The notes under the pieces were generated by a model. That model saw only the letters and a program-made list of their open reading frames with translations, was not told where the DNA came from and did not search any database. From an uncultured Actinomycetota bacterium (lineage in GTDB: Bacteria; Actinomycetota; Actinomycetes; Streptosporangiales; Streptosporangiaceae), in contig CAWISQ010000003.1 in the NCBI GenBank assembly GCA_963838825.1, forward strand, positions 114,440 to 178,439: a DNA stretch of 64,000 bases, written 5' to 3'. Of the stretch, positions 51,018-62,848 are shown one piece after another (the first letter of the stretch is position 1; every line of letters begins with the position of its first letter). The position numbers were made by a program, and so were the translations under genes.

Positions 51018-51674
51018 GTGCGCCTTGTTATCGCGCGGTGCAGCGTCGACTACGACGGCAGGCTCACCGCCCACCTCCCGGCCGCCCTCCGGCTGCTCAT
51101 CGTGAAGGCCGACGGCTCGGTCCTCGTGCATTCCGACGGCGGCTCCTACAAGCCGCTGAACTGGATGTCGCCGCCCTGCCGGCTGACCGAGCAGCCGGAC
51201 AAGTGGACGGTCGTCAACAAGGCCGGCGAGACGCTCACGATCACGATCAGCGAGACCCTGTCCGACACCTCGATCGAGCTCGGCGTCGACCCCGGCCTGG
51301 TCAAGGACGGCGTCGAGTCGCACCTGCAGGAGCTGCTGGCCGAGCAGCTGCAGCTGCTCGGCGACGGCTACCGGCTGATCCGGCGCGAGTACCCCACCCC
51401 GATCGGGCCGGTCGACATCATGTGCCGCGACGCCGACGGCGAGCACGTGGCGATCGAGCTTAAGCGGCACGCCGGGATCGACGCCACCGAGCAGCTGACC
51501 AGGTACCTGGAGCTGCTGAACCGGGACCCGCTGCTGGCCCCGGTCAAGGGCGTGCTCGCCGCCCAGACGATCAAGCTCCAGGCGCGCACGCTAGCCGAGG
51601 ACCGCGGCATCCGCTGCGTGGTCCTGGACTACGACGCCATGCGCGGCATCGAGCGCGAGGGCACCCTCTTCTGA
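51018..51674 (+). CDS. nucS: Mismatch-specific endonuclease NucS/EndoMS
   Basis: [44 protein letters not shown]. Confidence 0.95.
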   Translation: MRLVIARCSVDYDGRLTAHLPAALRLLIVKADGSVLVHSDGGSYKPLNWMSPPCRLTEQPDKWTVVNKAGETLTITISETLSDTSIELGVDPGLVKDGVESHLQELLAEQLQLLGDGYRLIRREYPTPIGPVDIMCRDADGEHVAIELKRHAGIDATEQLTRYLELLNRDPLLAPVKGVLAAQTIKLQARTLAEDRGIRCVVLDYDAMRGIEREGTLF

Positions 51675-51742
51675 CGCCGGATGACCTGGACGGGCCTTCG
51701 CGTCAGCCAACGGAATCGTCGTCATGACCTGATTTCTGGTCA

Positions 51743-52516
51743 TCAGGTACCCGACTTACAGCATCCCCTGATGATCGCCCGCTCGACTGGGCTCAGCGGA
51801 GCCGTCAGCGGGAACTGGGTGTGCAGGGCGACGCCTGGCTGCGCCATCATGCGGGGAAGCCGTCCCCGGTGCGGCCACGAGGCGGCGTGGACCAGGAACG
51901 GGTGGCAGAGGAAGACGTCGCCCGCCTCCCCGGTGGCCAGGGCCGTCGGCCGGTGCGCGCTCCTTTCCGCCGCCGTTGACGCCGCCTCCATCCAGGGCAG
52001 CCCGTCTTCTCCGGCCGGGGCCAGCACCCGGGCGGCGTCCAGGTGCGAACCTGGACGGATTCTGGTCGGGGCGCTGGCTTCGTCGACGTCGCTGAACAGG
52101 TACAGCACCAGCAGCCCGCGGGCCCGTGAATTCACGTTGACCTGCTGGTGCCCGTCGCGTTCGTAGCTGGCCTCGATGTGCCAGCCCGCGTCGCCCGGGT
52201 CGGCCAGGCTCGGGAAGCGCACCGGAATGGTCCCGCCTACCCCCTCCCGACGCCACCAGCGCCCGGGCCCGATCAGCTGATCGAAGGCCTCCCACAGGGC
52301 GGGCCTGGTCCCGGCCTCGGCGAACGGGCCCCCCTCGGGGCACGCGATCCGCACCACCGGCTCCGCCCAGCTGGCCGGGTCCTCGGTCACCCCGCGCTGG
52401 CCAAGATCGGACCAGATCAGCTGCTGGCAGGCTCGCACGACGTCGGCCGGAACCGCGCCCCGGATCGCGACGTACCCGTCGGCGACGAAGGACTCCACCT
52501 CGCTGGCGCTGAGCAT
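51743..52516 (-). CDS. Phytanoyl-CoA dioxygenase family protein
   Basis: FVADGYV, GWHIEAS, PTRIRPGSH, GEAGDVFLCHPFLVHA. Confidence 0.85.
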   Translation of the reverse strand: MLSASEVESFVADGYVAIRGAVPADVVRACQQLIWSDLGQRGVTEDPASWAEPVVRIACPEGGPFAEAGTRPALWEAFDQLIGPGRWWRREGVGGTIPVRFPSLADPGDAGWHIEASYERDGHQQVNVNSRARGLLVLYLFSDVDEASAPTRIRPGSHLDAARVLAPAGEDGLPWMEAASTAAERSAHRPTALATGEAGDVFLCHPFLVHAASWPHRGRLPRMMAQPGVALHTQFPLTAPLSPVERAIIRGCCKSGT

Positions 52517-52641
52517 GGCGTCAGGATGGCATCTCCCCCGGCGACGCCGCCATTCAATAAACGTCCCCGGCGGGCCGGCCCGGGTCCTCGCTCGCCTCGG
52601 CCGCGGCCGGCCGGAACTGGGCCACCAGCGGGAGGAAGACG

Positions 52642-52674
52642 CGTTATGGCCTTGGGGGCCACCAGGCCATAACG
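52642..52674. terminator. 11-bp stem hairpin downstream of the RibD-like gene
   Basis: CGTTATGGCCT / AGGCCATAACG. Confidence 0.5.
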
Positions 52675-52728
52675 GCTCGGGCGCAGACCGGGTTCGGCGC
52701 CGTTGGCGGACTAGGTGGCCGGATCGGG

Positions 52729-53401
52729 TTACAGGCGGTAGCGGTGGACGGCCACGGTTCCCACCTGACGGAGGGATTCGAGCGTCATCGGGTGCGCGGC
52801 GGTCTGCGGGTAGGGGGCGGGCAGGCCGAACCTCGGGGCGGCCGGGTCGGCCACGAAGAACGGGGCGATCGCCAGCCGGAGCTCGTCCGCCAGGCCGCCC
52901 GCCAGGGCGTCGCGAAGGACCCGGGCGCCGCCTTCGATGAGGACAGTCGCCACGGACCGTTCGAGATAAAGATCTTGGAGCACGGACGACAGGGAGAGGG
53001 CGGCGCCCGCGTCGATGACGACCGCCTGGCCTTTGCATTTTCGCTCGGTGGCGGGGACGGCGGCCGTCGGGCAGTAGACAAGCGGCGGCGCCCGGGCCGG
53101 TGAAGAAGCGGGCCCGCGGGTCCAGGTCGGCGGCGGTGGTCATCGTGACCCGGAGCGGGTGCGGGGGCTTCCCGGCCGCCTCGCGGGCGGCGATCCGGGC
53201 GGGGTCGCGGACCAGCAGGCGGGGATTGTCGGCCCGGACCGTGCCCGCGCCGACCAGGATCGCGTCGGCCGCCGCCCGCAGCGCGTCAACCTCGTCGAGG
53301 TCCTCGGGGCCGGACAGGATCAGGCGGTCGGGCGACGCGTCGTCGAGGTACCCGTCAATCGAGACGGCGCAGCTCAGCAGCGTGTACGGGCGGTCGGGCA
53401 C
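52729..53401 (-). CDS. RibD C-terminal (pyrimidine reductase-like) protein; frameshift(s) at about 53040-53095
   Basis: RPYTLLSCAVSIDG, DAILVGAGTVRADNPRL; then in another frame VLIEGG, LADELRLAIAPFFV. Confidence 0.8.
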
Positions 53402-53495
53402 GGACCTTACGCTACCGGCCCGGACTGGGCCGCAGCGGAGGTTCCTGGGGCGGGATGGTGATGGTTTACTGTGCAAATGGCAGCACAGTTTCCAC

Positions 53496-53526
53496 CCGGG
53501 GGGACGACCCCCCGTACCCCCCGAGG
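53496..53526 (-). repeat. G6/C6 palindromic REP-like element, copy B
   Basis: 31/31 reverse complement of 17367-17397. Confidence 0.8.
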
Positions 53527-53592
53527 GCGTGCCCGATGAAAAGCAATGGTACCGGGCACGCGGTTTCGCCCTCGATGCCGGCTTGGGGCAGC

Positions 53593-55100
53593 GTGCGCGA
53601 CACGTTCGAGTCGGTCAACCCGGCCACCGGCGAGGTGCTCGCCAGCTACGGCATCGACGGCGAGCGCGAGGTCGCGGCGGCGGTGCGGCGGGCGCGCGGC
53701 GCCGCCGAGTGGTGGGGCGGGCTCTCCTTCGCCGACCGGCGGCTGCGGCTGCTGGCCTGGAAGTCGCACCTCACCCGGTACATGGGGCGGCTCGCGCAGC
53801 TGGTGCACGACGAGACCGGCAAGCCGCTCGACGACGCCACGCTGGAGATCGTCAACACGATCCTGCACCTGGACTGGGCGGCCAAGCACGCCGCGTCGGT
53901 GCTGCGGCCGCGGCGGGTGGCCTCCGGCCTCGCGATGATGAACCAGGCCGCGTCGGTCGAGTACCACCCGCTCGGCGTGGTCGGCGTGATCGGGCCGTGG
54001 AACTACCCGGTGTTCACCCCGATGGGATCGATCGGGTACTCGCTCGCGGCCGGCAACGCGGTCGTGTTCAAGCCGAGCGAGCTCACGACCGGTGTCGGGC
54101 AGTGGCTGGCGCAGTCGTTCACCGAGGTGCTGTCGGAGGTATTCGGGGAGACCGAGCCGGTGGTCCAGCTTGTCACCGGGCTCGGCGCGACCGGGGCCGA
54201 GCTGGCGAAGTCGGGGGTGAGCAAGCTCGCGTTCACCGGGTCGGCCGCCACCGCGCGGAAGGTGCTGGCGGCGGCGGCGGAGACGCTGACGCCGGTGCTG
54301 GCGGAGTGCGGCGGGAAGGACGCCCTGTTGGTCGCGGCCGACGCCGACCTCGACGCGGCGGCCGACGCCGCCACCTGGGGGGCGATGTCCAACGCGGGGC
54401 AGACCTGCATCGGCATCGAGCGGGTGTACGTGGTCGACGGGGTCTACCACTCGTTTCTCGAGAAGCTCAACGAGCGGGTCTCCCGGCTGCGGCCGGGCGA
54501 CGACGGCGCCGCCGGGTACGGGCCGATGACGCTGCCGGGGCAGGTCGACGTGGTCGAGCGGCACCTGGCCGACGCGGTCGCGCGGGGCGGCCGCCGGCCT
54601 ACGGCGGCCTCGACTCGGTGCGGGCCCCCTACGTCCACCCGGTCGTGCTGGTGGACGTGCCCGAGGACAGCCCGGCCCAGCGCGAGGAGACGTTCGGCCC
54701 GGTCGTGACCGTTACCCCGGTCGCATCGCTGGCCGACGCGGTCCGGCTCGCCAACGCCTCGCCGTACGCGCTCGGGTCGGCCGTGTTCACCAAGCGCCGG
54801 GGGGCGGGGATGCGGGCCGCGCGGGCGCTGCGGGCCGGGATGACCTCGGTGAACTCGGCCCTCGCGTTCGCCGCGGTGCCCGCCCTGCCGTTCGGCGGGT
54901 CCGGCGAGTCCGGGTTCGGGCGCATTCACGGGGCGGACGGGCTGCGCGAGTTCTCCCGGGCCAAGTCGATCACCAGGCAGCGCATGAAGCCGCTGGTGCG
55001 CACGACGACGTTCAGCCGCGAGCAGCGGGACATGGACCGGATCGTCAAGCTGGTGACCGTCCTGCACGGCCGCCTGTACCAGCCCAGGCGCCGTCGATAG
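53593..55100 (+). CDS. Aldehyde dehydrogenase; frameshift near 54590
   Basis: PWNYP, KPSE, FTGS, ECGGKD, NAGQTC; then in another frame EETFGP, PFGGSGESGFGR. Confidence 0.9.
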
Positions 55101-55155
55101 CGCCTCTGACTTCCTCGCACGCACGTGCGTGCGAGGACTGGGTGCCTCGGGCGCG

Positions 55156-56826
55156 TCAGTGCCGCGGTTGGGCGGGCACGTCGCCCATCCGCACGGACTG
55201 CTTCTCGACCAGCAGCTCCATCTCCCGGTTGGGCAGCCTGTCGTGCACCGCCCAGTAGTAGATGGCCAGGCTGAAGCCCGCCACCACCAGCATGTCCCAC
55301 CAGAACGGGAGGCGGCCGTTGTTGATCGGCGGCGCGCCGGTGCCGAACTGGCCAAACCAGGAGATGAAGCCCATGCCGATCAGGTAGAACGGCAGCCACC
55401 GGGCCGACTTCCAGTCCAGCGGCGGCCGCTCCTGGTCGAAGTACATGCAGATGCCGATGATGACGTAGCCGATCACGATGCACACGCCGAGCTTCCAGAC
55501 CACGTTGAAGCCGGACCAGTAGATGATCATGTTCGCGATGATGAAGCCGAGCGGCGAAATGACGGCGGCGAAAGGCACGCGGTAGGGCCGCGGCGCCTCC
55601 GGCACCTGGCGGCGGAAGGCGCCCAGCGACAGCGGCGCGCCCGCGTACATGAGCACGCTCGCGCCGGTGACGAGGCCGACCAGTGCCTGCCAGCTCGGGA
55701 ACGGCAGCAGGAAGAAGATGCCGAACACGAACGCCATGATCAGGCTGAACCACGGCACGCCGTTCCGGTCGACCCACTGGAAGGCCTGCGGGTAGTACCT
55801 GTTCCTGGCCAGGCCGTAACCGATCCGGGAGGTGGAGGTCTGGTAGATCATGCCGGTGCCGAACGGTGAGACGAACGCGTCGATGTGCAGGACCGTCACC
55901 CAGAAGATGCCCAGCCCGGCCGCGCCGGCCACGGCCGCGAACGGGTAGACGAGCACCGGGTTCCCGGTCGGGATGCCCTGGAAGCCGTGATGCAGCAGGC
56001 TGGGCGGGGTGGCGCCGATCAGCACGATCTGCGCCAGGCAGTAGATCACCGTGCCGAGCAGGATCGCGATGATGATCGCGCGCGGCAGGTTCTTCTGCGG
56101 GTTCTTGATCTCGCCGGCTAGCTGGTCAGCCTGCTCGAAGCCCAGGAACGAGAACACGATGCCAGCGCCGGGGATGGCGCCGAACACCGCCTTGATGCCG
56201 AACGGCATGAAGCCGCCGCCGCCGGGGTGGAAGTTACCGGAGTGGAATTTGAAGAAGAAGATGATGATGGTCAGGACCGGGATCGCGACCTTCCACCACG
56301 TGATGCCGCTGTTGACCCGGGAGAACAGTTTCACCGCGAGGAAGTTGAGCGCGGTGAAGACGGCCATCAGCACTATCGTCATCCCGAAGCCGAGCGTGGT
56401 GATACGCCCCGTGGTCGGGTCGTAGATGCTGTGCCAGTAGTACTGGCCGTACGTCATCACCGCGTAGCACTCGACCGGTGCGACCGTGACCGCCTGCAGC
56501 CAGGAGAAGAACCCGAACGACACGCCGGCCACGCTGCCGTAGGCCAGGTGCGGGAATCTGGCCGTCCCGCCGGCGACCGGGTACATCCCGCCGAGTTCGG
56601 CGTGCAGGAGCGCCAGGACGATGGCGCAGCCCCCGCCGATGAGCCAGCCGTAGATGGCCGCGGGCCCGGCCAGGACGGCGGCGCCCATCCCGGCGAACAG
56701 CCAGCCGGAGCCGATGATCGAGGTCTCTGACGCCCACGTGGCCCCGATGAGTCCCATCTCTCGTCTGAGGCCTATGTCGCCTGGTCTGGTAGCGGTGGCT
56801 CCGATGGGTTCGCTTTCAGTAGCCAT
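55156..56826 (-). CDS. APC family amino acid permease (YveA/AGT-like)
   Basis: SIIGSGWLF, AELGGMYPVAGG, FLGFEQA, EIKNPQKNLP, PRPYRVP; about 14 TM segments. Confidence 0.88.
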   Translation of the reverse strand: MATESEPIGATATRPGDIGLRREMGLIGATWASETSIIGSGWLFAGMGAAVLAGPAAIYGWLIGGGCAIVLALLHAELGGMYPVAGGTARFPHLAYGSVAGVSFGFFSWLQAVTVAPVECYAVMTYGQYYWHSIYDPTTGRITTLGFGMTIVLMAVFTALNFLAVKLFSRVNSGITWWKVAIPVLTIIIFFFKFHSGNFHPGGGGFMPFGIKAVFGAIPGAGIVFSFLGFEQADQLAGEIKNPQKNLPRAIIIAILLGTVIYCLAQIVLIGATPPSLLHHGFQGIPTGNPVLVYPFAAVAGAAGLGIFWVTVLHIDAFVSPFGTGMIYQTSTSRIGYGLARNRYYPQAFQWVDRNGVPWFSLIMAFVFGIFFLLPFPSWQALVGLVTGASVLMYAGAPLSLGAFRRQVPEAPRPYRVPFAAVISPLGFIIANMIIYWSGFNVVWKLGVCIVIGYVIIGICMYFDQERPPLDWKSARWLPFYLIGMGFISWFGQFGTGAPPINNGRLPFWWDMLVVAGFSLAIYYWAVHDRLPNREMELLVEKQSVRMGDVPAQPRH

Positions 56827-56945
56827 GATCAAGCTCCCTTCTCGATCCCGAGGAGCGCTTCACGGGAGTGCACCTAATCTCTGATCTCTCAGTTTGCACT
56901 CACAGAACTACTCTCCGTCAATACCGGAAGGACATGCATCTCGCA

Positions 56946-56986
56946 GAAGTGGTCGGGATGATAGGGAAGTGGTCGGGATGGATAGG
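56946..56986. repeat. Tandem 20/21-bp direct repeat
   Basis: GAAGTGGTCGGGATGATAGG followed by GAAGTGGTCGGGATGGATAGG. Confidence 0.8.
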
Positions 56987-57031
56987 AAGGCGTGCGGTGG
57001 TCCGAACTGACAGGAATCCGCCGCGGATCAT

Positions 57032-58672
57032 TCAGCCCGTGAGGGTTGGGGCCACCGAGGCTTCCGGGTCCTGCGGGACGAGGGGCGCGCGCCCGGCGAT
57101 CAGGTCGGCCGCGCGCTCGGCGATGGCGATCGTGGGCGCGTTGGTGTTGCCGCGCGGCAGCGTCGGCATCACCGAGGCGTCCACCACCCGCAGTCCCGCC
57201 ACCCCGCGGACCCGGAGCAGCGGGTCCACCACGCTGTCGTAGCCGCTGGCCGAGCGGGCCACGTCGCCGCCCATCGCGCAGGTGCCGACCGGGTGGTAGG
57301 TACTGGCGATGCTGGCCCGGATGTAGTCGCGCATCTCGTGGTCGGTGTGCGCCCCGTCGCCCGGCGCCAGTTCCCGGCCGCAGATCTTCGACATCGGCGC
57401 GGCCGTCCCGTAGTCGCGCGCCATCCGCACCCCGACCGCGAGCGCGGACAGGTCGCGGACGTCGGACAGGTAGCCGGGGTCGACCAGCGGGCGGTGCCTC
57501 GGGTCGCGGGAGGCGAGGCCGAGGCGCCCCCGGCTGGCCACGTCGACCAGCGTGACCAGCACGGTCATCGCCCGGCTGGCCGGGTCGGCCAGGCCCTGGT
57601 CGCGGAACGCGACCGGCAGCACGTGCCACTGCAGGTCGGGCGCGGTCAGCCTCGGGTCGCTGCGGGCGAATCCGCCCGCCTCGGCGATGTTAGAGGTCAG
57701 CGGGCCCTTGTGGGTCAGCCGCCAGCGGGCGAAGCCGGCGTTGCCGGACGACTCCCACGGGCCCTTGAGCGACGGGGTGGACCAGATCACCGGGACCGAC
57801 GGGTGGTCGATGAGGTTGGCGCCGACCGAGGGCAGGTCGGCGATCACGTAGATGCCGTGCTCGCGCAGGTGGTCGGCCGGCCCGATGCCGGACAGCATCA
57901 GCAGCTGGGGCGAGCCGATCGCGCCGGCCGCGAGGATCACCTCGGCCTCGGCCCGCGCGGTCTCGTCGCGGCCCTGGCGGCGGTAGCTGACCCCGGCCGC
58001 CCGGCCGCCCTCGATCAGCACCCCGGTCACCAGGGCGTCGGTGATGACGGTGAGGTTGCCCGGCCGGGCGGCCAGGTAGCCGTCGGCGGCGCTGCAGCGC
58101 CGGCCGCCGGCCTGAGTGACCTGGTAGTAGCCGACCCCGTCCTGCTGGGCGCCGTTGAAGTCGTCGTTGGCGACCGCGCCGCGGCGGACGGCCGACTCGA
58201 TGAAGTGCCGGGTGTGCTCGGACTTGTGCCGCAGGTCCTGGACCGACAGCGGCCCGCCGACGCCGTGGTAGGCGCTCTCGCCGCGGCCGTTGTCCTCGGC
58301 CCGGCGGAAGTACGGCAGCAGCTCCCGGAACCCCCAGCCCGCGCAGCCGTAGTCATCGCGCCAGCCGTCGTAGTCGGCCTTGTTGCCGCGAATGTAGATC
58401 ATCGCGTTGATGGCCGAGGAGCCGCCCAGGACCTTGCCCCGCGGCCAGTAGACCGGGCGGCCGTCCGCGCGCTCCTGCGGGAGCGTCACCAGGTTCCAGT
58501 CGTACCTGCTGCGGAAGAGCCGGTTGTACGCGGCGGGCACCTGGATCTCGTCGACGGCGCCGCCGTCCGGGCCCGCCTCGAGCAGGAGCACCCTGCTGCC
58601 GGGGTCCTCGGCGAGCCTGGCCGCGACCACGCAACCCGCGCTTCCGCCGCCCACGATCACGTAGTCGAACAC
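57032..58672 (-). CDS. GMC oxidoreductase (choline dehydrogenase-like)
   Basis: DYVIVGGGSAG, RGKVLGGSSAINAM, GAIGSPQLLMLSGIG, YHPVGTC, GNTNAP. Confidence 0.92.
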   Translation of the reverse strand: MFDYVIVGGGSAGCVVAARLAEDPGSRVLLLEAGPDGGAVDEIQVPAAYNRLFRSRYDWNLVTLPQERADGRPVYWPRGKVLGGSSAINAMIYIRGNKADYDGWRDDYGCAGWGFRELLPYFRRAEDNGRGESAYHGVGGPLSVQDLRHKSEHTRHFIESAVRRGAVANDDFNGAQQDGVGYYQVTQAGGRRCSAADGYLAARPGNLTVITDALVTGVLIEGGRAAGVSYRRQGRDETARAEAEVILAAGAIGSPQLLMLSGIGPADHLREHGIYVIADLPSVGANLIDHPSVPVIWSTPSLKGPWESSGNAGFARWRLTHKGPLTSNIAEAGGFARSDPRLTAPDLQWHVLPVAFRDQGLADPASRAMTVLVTLVDVASRGRLGLASRDPRHRPLVDPGYLSDVRDLSALAVGVRMARDYGTAAPMSKICGRELAPGDGAHTDHEMRDYIRASIASTYHPVGTCAMGGDVARSASGYDSVVDPLLRVRGVAGLRVVDASVMPTLPRGNTNAPTIAIAERAADLIAGRAPLVPQDPEASVAPTLTG

Positions 58673-58711
58673 AGGGGTACCTTAGTACGCACAATGGGGT
58701 CCTACTAGCGC

Positions 58712-58802
58712 AAAGCGGGGTCCGGCGGGCCCCCGAGAACCGCCGGACCCCAGATTTCGCGACTGTGACTACCCTTAGTCACTTTTCTGTGATCCCTGTT
58801 GT
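58712..58802 (-). ncRNA. Candidate ~90-nt small RNA
   Basis: -10 TAGACT (58814-58809), internal hairpin GTGACTA-AGGG-TAGTCAC, 12-bp terminator-like stem (58717-58751) followed by GCTTTG; both flanking genes have their own leaderless -10 boxes. Confidence 0.45.
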
Positions 58803-58852
58803 ACGTGAAGTCTAATACCCCTGGCCAGAGGCTTAATCACATTTCCATGATG

Positions 58853-58867
58853 ATTACTTAGAGTGAT
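58853..58867. promoter_or_regulatory. BldD-box-like palindrome overlapping the pduO promoter
   Basis: ATTACTTAGAGTGAT, one mismatch to NTNACNCWGNGTNAN. Confidence 0.5.
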
Positions 58868-58884
58868 TACTCTACGGTGTCCGT

Positions 58885-59484
58885 ATGGCCGACGATAGCC
58901 GGGACAACCCGGTCGTACTCTCCACGATCTACACCCGCACCGGCGACGGGGGGACCACCGGGCTGTCTGACTTCAGCCGGGTGCCGAAGACCGACAGCCG
59001 GCTGGCCGCCTACGCCGACACCGACGAGGCCAACTGCGCCGTCGGCGTCGCCATCACCCTCGGCGGGCTGCCCGAGGACGTCGTCGCGCTGCTGCGCCGG
59101 GTCCAGAACGAGCTCTTCGACTGCGGCGCCGACCTGGCCACCCCGCTCCCGGTCGCGCCGCCCGAGTACCCGCAGCTGCGCATCGACGAGAGCTACGTCA
59201 GCGCGCTCGAGACCGCCTGCGACGCCTACAACGCCGGCCTGCCGACGCTGCGCACCTTCATCCTGCCGGGCGGGACCCCGGGGGCGGCCCTGCTGCACAC
59301 CGCCCGGGCGGTGACGCGGCGGGCCGAGCGGACCGCCTGGGCGGCCGTCGCCGAGCACGGCGACACGATCAGCCGGTGGCCCGCCAAGTACCTGAACCGG
59401 CTCTCGGACCTGCTGTTCATCCTCTCCCGGGCCGCCAACGCGGGCACCGGGGACGTGCTCTGGCGGCCGGGCGGCGACCGCTAG
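58885..59484 (+). CDS. PduO-type cob(I)alamin adenosyltransferase
   Basis: IYTRTGDGGTT, DEAN, QNELFD, FILPGG, RRAER, YLNRLSDLLF. Confidence 0.93.
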   Translation: MADDSRDNPVVLSTIYTRTGDGGTTGLSDFSRVPKTDSRLAAYADTDEANCAVGVAITLGGLPEDVVALLRRVQNELFDCGADLATPLPVAPPEYPQLRIDESYVSALETACDAYNAGLPTLRTFILPGGTPGAALLHTARAVTRRAERTAWAAVAEHGDTISRWPAKYLNRLSDLLFILSRAANAGTGDVLWRPGGDR

Positions 59485-59503
59485 CTGCACCGATCGGGCA
59501 CGC

Positions 59504-60034
59504 TCAGCCGAAGTCGGCCAGGTGCGAGCCCGGCGGGGAGGCCTCGAGCCAGGCCAGGAAGCCGGTCAGGGCCGCATCGGACATGGCCAGCTGCCAGTGG
59601 CCGCCGTCCGGCGGGCCGACGGGCCGGACGGGCCGGCGGGCCGACGACTTGGCCTCCACCTCGACCACGATCCGGCCGACCCCGAGCGCCGCCACCTCGG
59701 CCTCGTCGGCCGGACGACGGGAGACCACGGCCAGCGCCCGGCGCTGGAACACCTGCTCCGGGCGGAGCAGCACGCCCAGCGCGCCGTACCAGTAGAGCTC
59801 GTCACGCTGATAGGAGAGCACGCCGAGCCGCCAGCCGCCGTGCCCGAGGCCGTGCCAGGGCAGCCCGACGTGGTCGGGGTCGCCCTCCACGTTCAGCCGC
59901 CGCAGCGCGCACTCGACCGTCCCGCCGCTCCGCTCGAGCAGGAAGCGGCGGCTGGCGAGCACGATGGCGGCGGCGACGAGGAGCACCAGGAACGCGGCGA
60001 ACAGCCACACCGCGTCCGTCAGCGCTCCCCCCAC
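59504..60034 (-). CDS. DUF2550 family protein
   Basis: N-terminal TM, GGTVECALR, WRLG, ALTGFLAWLEASPP; downstream of atpC. Confidence 0.88.
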   Translation of the reverse strand: MGGALTDAVWLFAAFLVLLVAAAIVLASRRFLLERSGGTVECALRRLNVEGDPDHVGLPWHGLGHGGWRLGVLSYQRDELYWYGALGVLLRPEQVFQRRALAVVSRRPADEAEVAALGVGRIVVEVEAKSSARRPVRPVGPPDGGHWQLAMSDAALTGFLAWLEASPPGSHLADFG

Positions 60035-60072
60035 CGCCGCTCCGCTCGCGCCGATGGCCGCTGGCTCCGGTG

Positions 60073-60482
60073 TCAGGCCTGCTCGCCGGCGGCACGCAGC
60101 CGGGCGCGGGCGTACCTGACCTCGGGTGACTCCTCGGCCGCGGTCGAGGACCCGGCCGCCTCGGTGGCGGCGTCCAGATCGGACTGAGCCGCGCCGGCGT
60201 CCACCTCGCCGGAGAGCTCGCCCGACGAGGCCAGGATCGACACCCGGTCAGCGGTGACGGACAGGAACCCGTCCCGCACGGCGGCCCGCACCACGTCACC
60301 GGGGCTCTCGTCCCCCGGCACCTCGCGGATGCGGACCACGCTGCCCGGCGACAGGATGCCGAACACCGGGGAGTGCCCGGTCTGGACGCCGATGTCGCCG
60401 TCGATCGTCTTGGCGATGACCAGGCCGGCCTCGCCGGACCAGAGCGACCGGTCCGGCAGGAGCAGCTCTACGTGCAGCGTCA

Positions 60483-60483
<1 letters not shown>
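60073..60483 (-). CDS. atpC: ATP synthase epsilon subunit
   Basis: LHVELLLPDR, GDIGVQTGHSP, GFLSV; operon position. Confidence 0.92.
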
Positions 60484-61931
<1,448 letters not shown>

Positions 61932-62843
61932 TTACTCACTCCCTGCGTTCGCTTCAGCGAGCGCGTTTGACCCGCCGACGATTTCGCTGATTTCCTGGGT
62001 GATCTCGGCCTGCCTGGCGTTGTTGGCCTCGCGGGTCAGCCGGTCAATCAGGTCGTTTGCGTTGTCCGTGGCGGCCTTCATGGCGCGCCGCCGCGCCGCG
62101 AGCTCGGAAGCCGCCGCTTCGAGCATCGCATAGTAGATGCGGCTGGCGATGTACTGCGGCAGCAGCGCGTCGAGGACGACGTCGGTCGACGGCTCGAACT
62201 CGTACGACGGCAGCTGGCCGCCGGGCCGCTCGCCCTCGCGCTCCTCGATCTGCATCGGCAGCAGCCGCACGACCGAGGGCCGCTGGGTCAGCATCGAGAC
62301 GAACTCGGTCGAGACCAGGTAGATCTCGTCCACGCCGCCGTCGGCGGCGTCCTTCTCGAACGCGTCGAGCAGCGCCGTCGCCACCTCCTCGGCCTTCGCG
62401 TAGGTCGGCTGGGCGGAGAACCCGCTCCACTCGGCCTCGATGGGGAGGTCGCGGAACCGGTGCCAGCCGATGCCCTTGCGGCCCGCCACGTAGTTGACCG
62501 TCTCGGTGCCGTTCTCCCGGTTGCGCTCCCTGAGCCGGTTGGCCTCGCGGAGCACGTTGGCGTTGTAGGCCCCGGCGAACCCGCCGTCGCTGGTGATGAT
62601 GAGCGCCGCCGACCGCTTGATCGACTCGGGCTCGTTGATCATCGGGTGGCTGATCGTGGTCGAGCGGCTCACGACGGCCTCGACCGCCGTCGTGAGCTCG
62701 CGCGCGTACGGCCCGGCCGCCCGCGTGCGCTGCTGGGCCTTGACGATCCGCGACGACGCGATCAGCTCCTGGGCGCGGGTGATCTTGGCGATCGACTTGA
62801 CCGCCCTGATCCGCGCCCGGACCGCTCGAAGCGTTGCTGCCAT
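61932..62843 (-). CDS. atpG: ATP synthase gamma subunit
   Basis: KITRAQELIA, AGAYN, AMKAATDNA, RQAEITQEISEIVGG. Confidence 0.97.
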   Translation of the reverse strand: MAATLRAVRARIRAVKSIAKITRAQELIASSRIVKAQQRTRAAGPYARELTTAVEAVVSRSTTISHPMINEPESIKRSAALIITSDGGFAGAYNANVLREANRLRERNRENGTETVNYVAGRKGIGWHRFRDLPIEAEWSGFSAQPTYAKAEEVATALLDAFEKDAADGGVDEIYLVSTEFVSMLTQRPSVVRLLPMQIEEREGERPGGQLPSYEFEPSTDVVLDALLPQYIASRIYYAMLEAAASELAARRRAMKAATDNANDLIDRLTREANNARQAEITQEISEIVGGSNALAEANAGSE

Positions 62844-62848
62844 GGCGC

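Noticed and set aside
51743-53476. 577-aa apparent RibD-PhyH fusion ORF
   Set aside because: Produced by a frameshift in the RibD-like gene; its real C-terminus ends at 52729, followed by a hairpin, and PhyH has its own start at 52516.
56946-56986. CRISPR array
   Set aside because: Two adjacent repeats with no spacer and no cas genes; no CRISPR array was seen anywhere in the window.
58717-58782. 6C RNA on the plus strand
   Set aside because: The two loops have only 5 and 3 C residues, and the promoter and terminator orientation favours the minus strand; an Rfam search is still needed.
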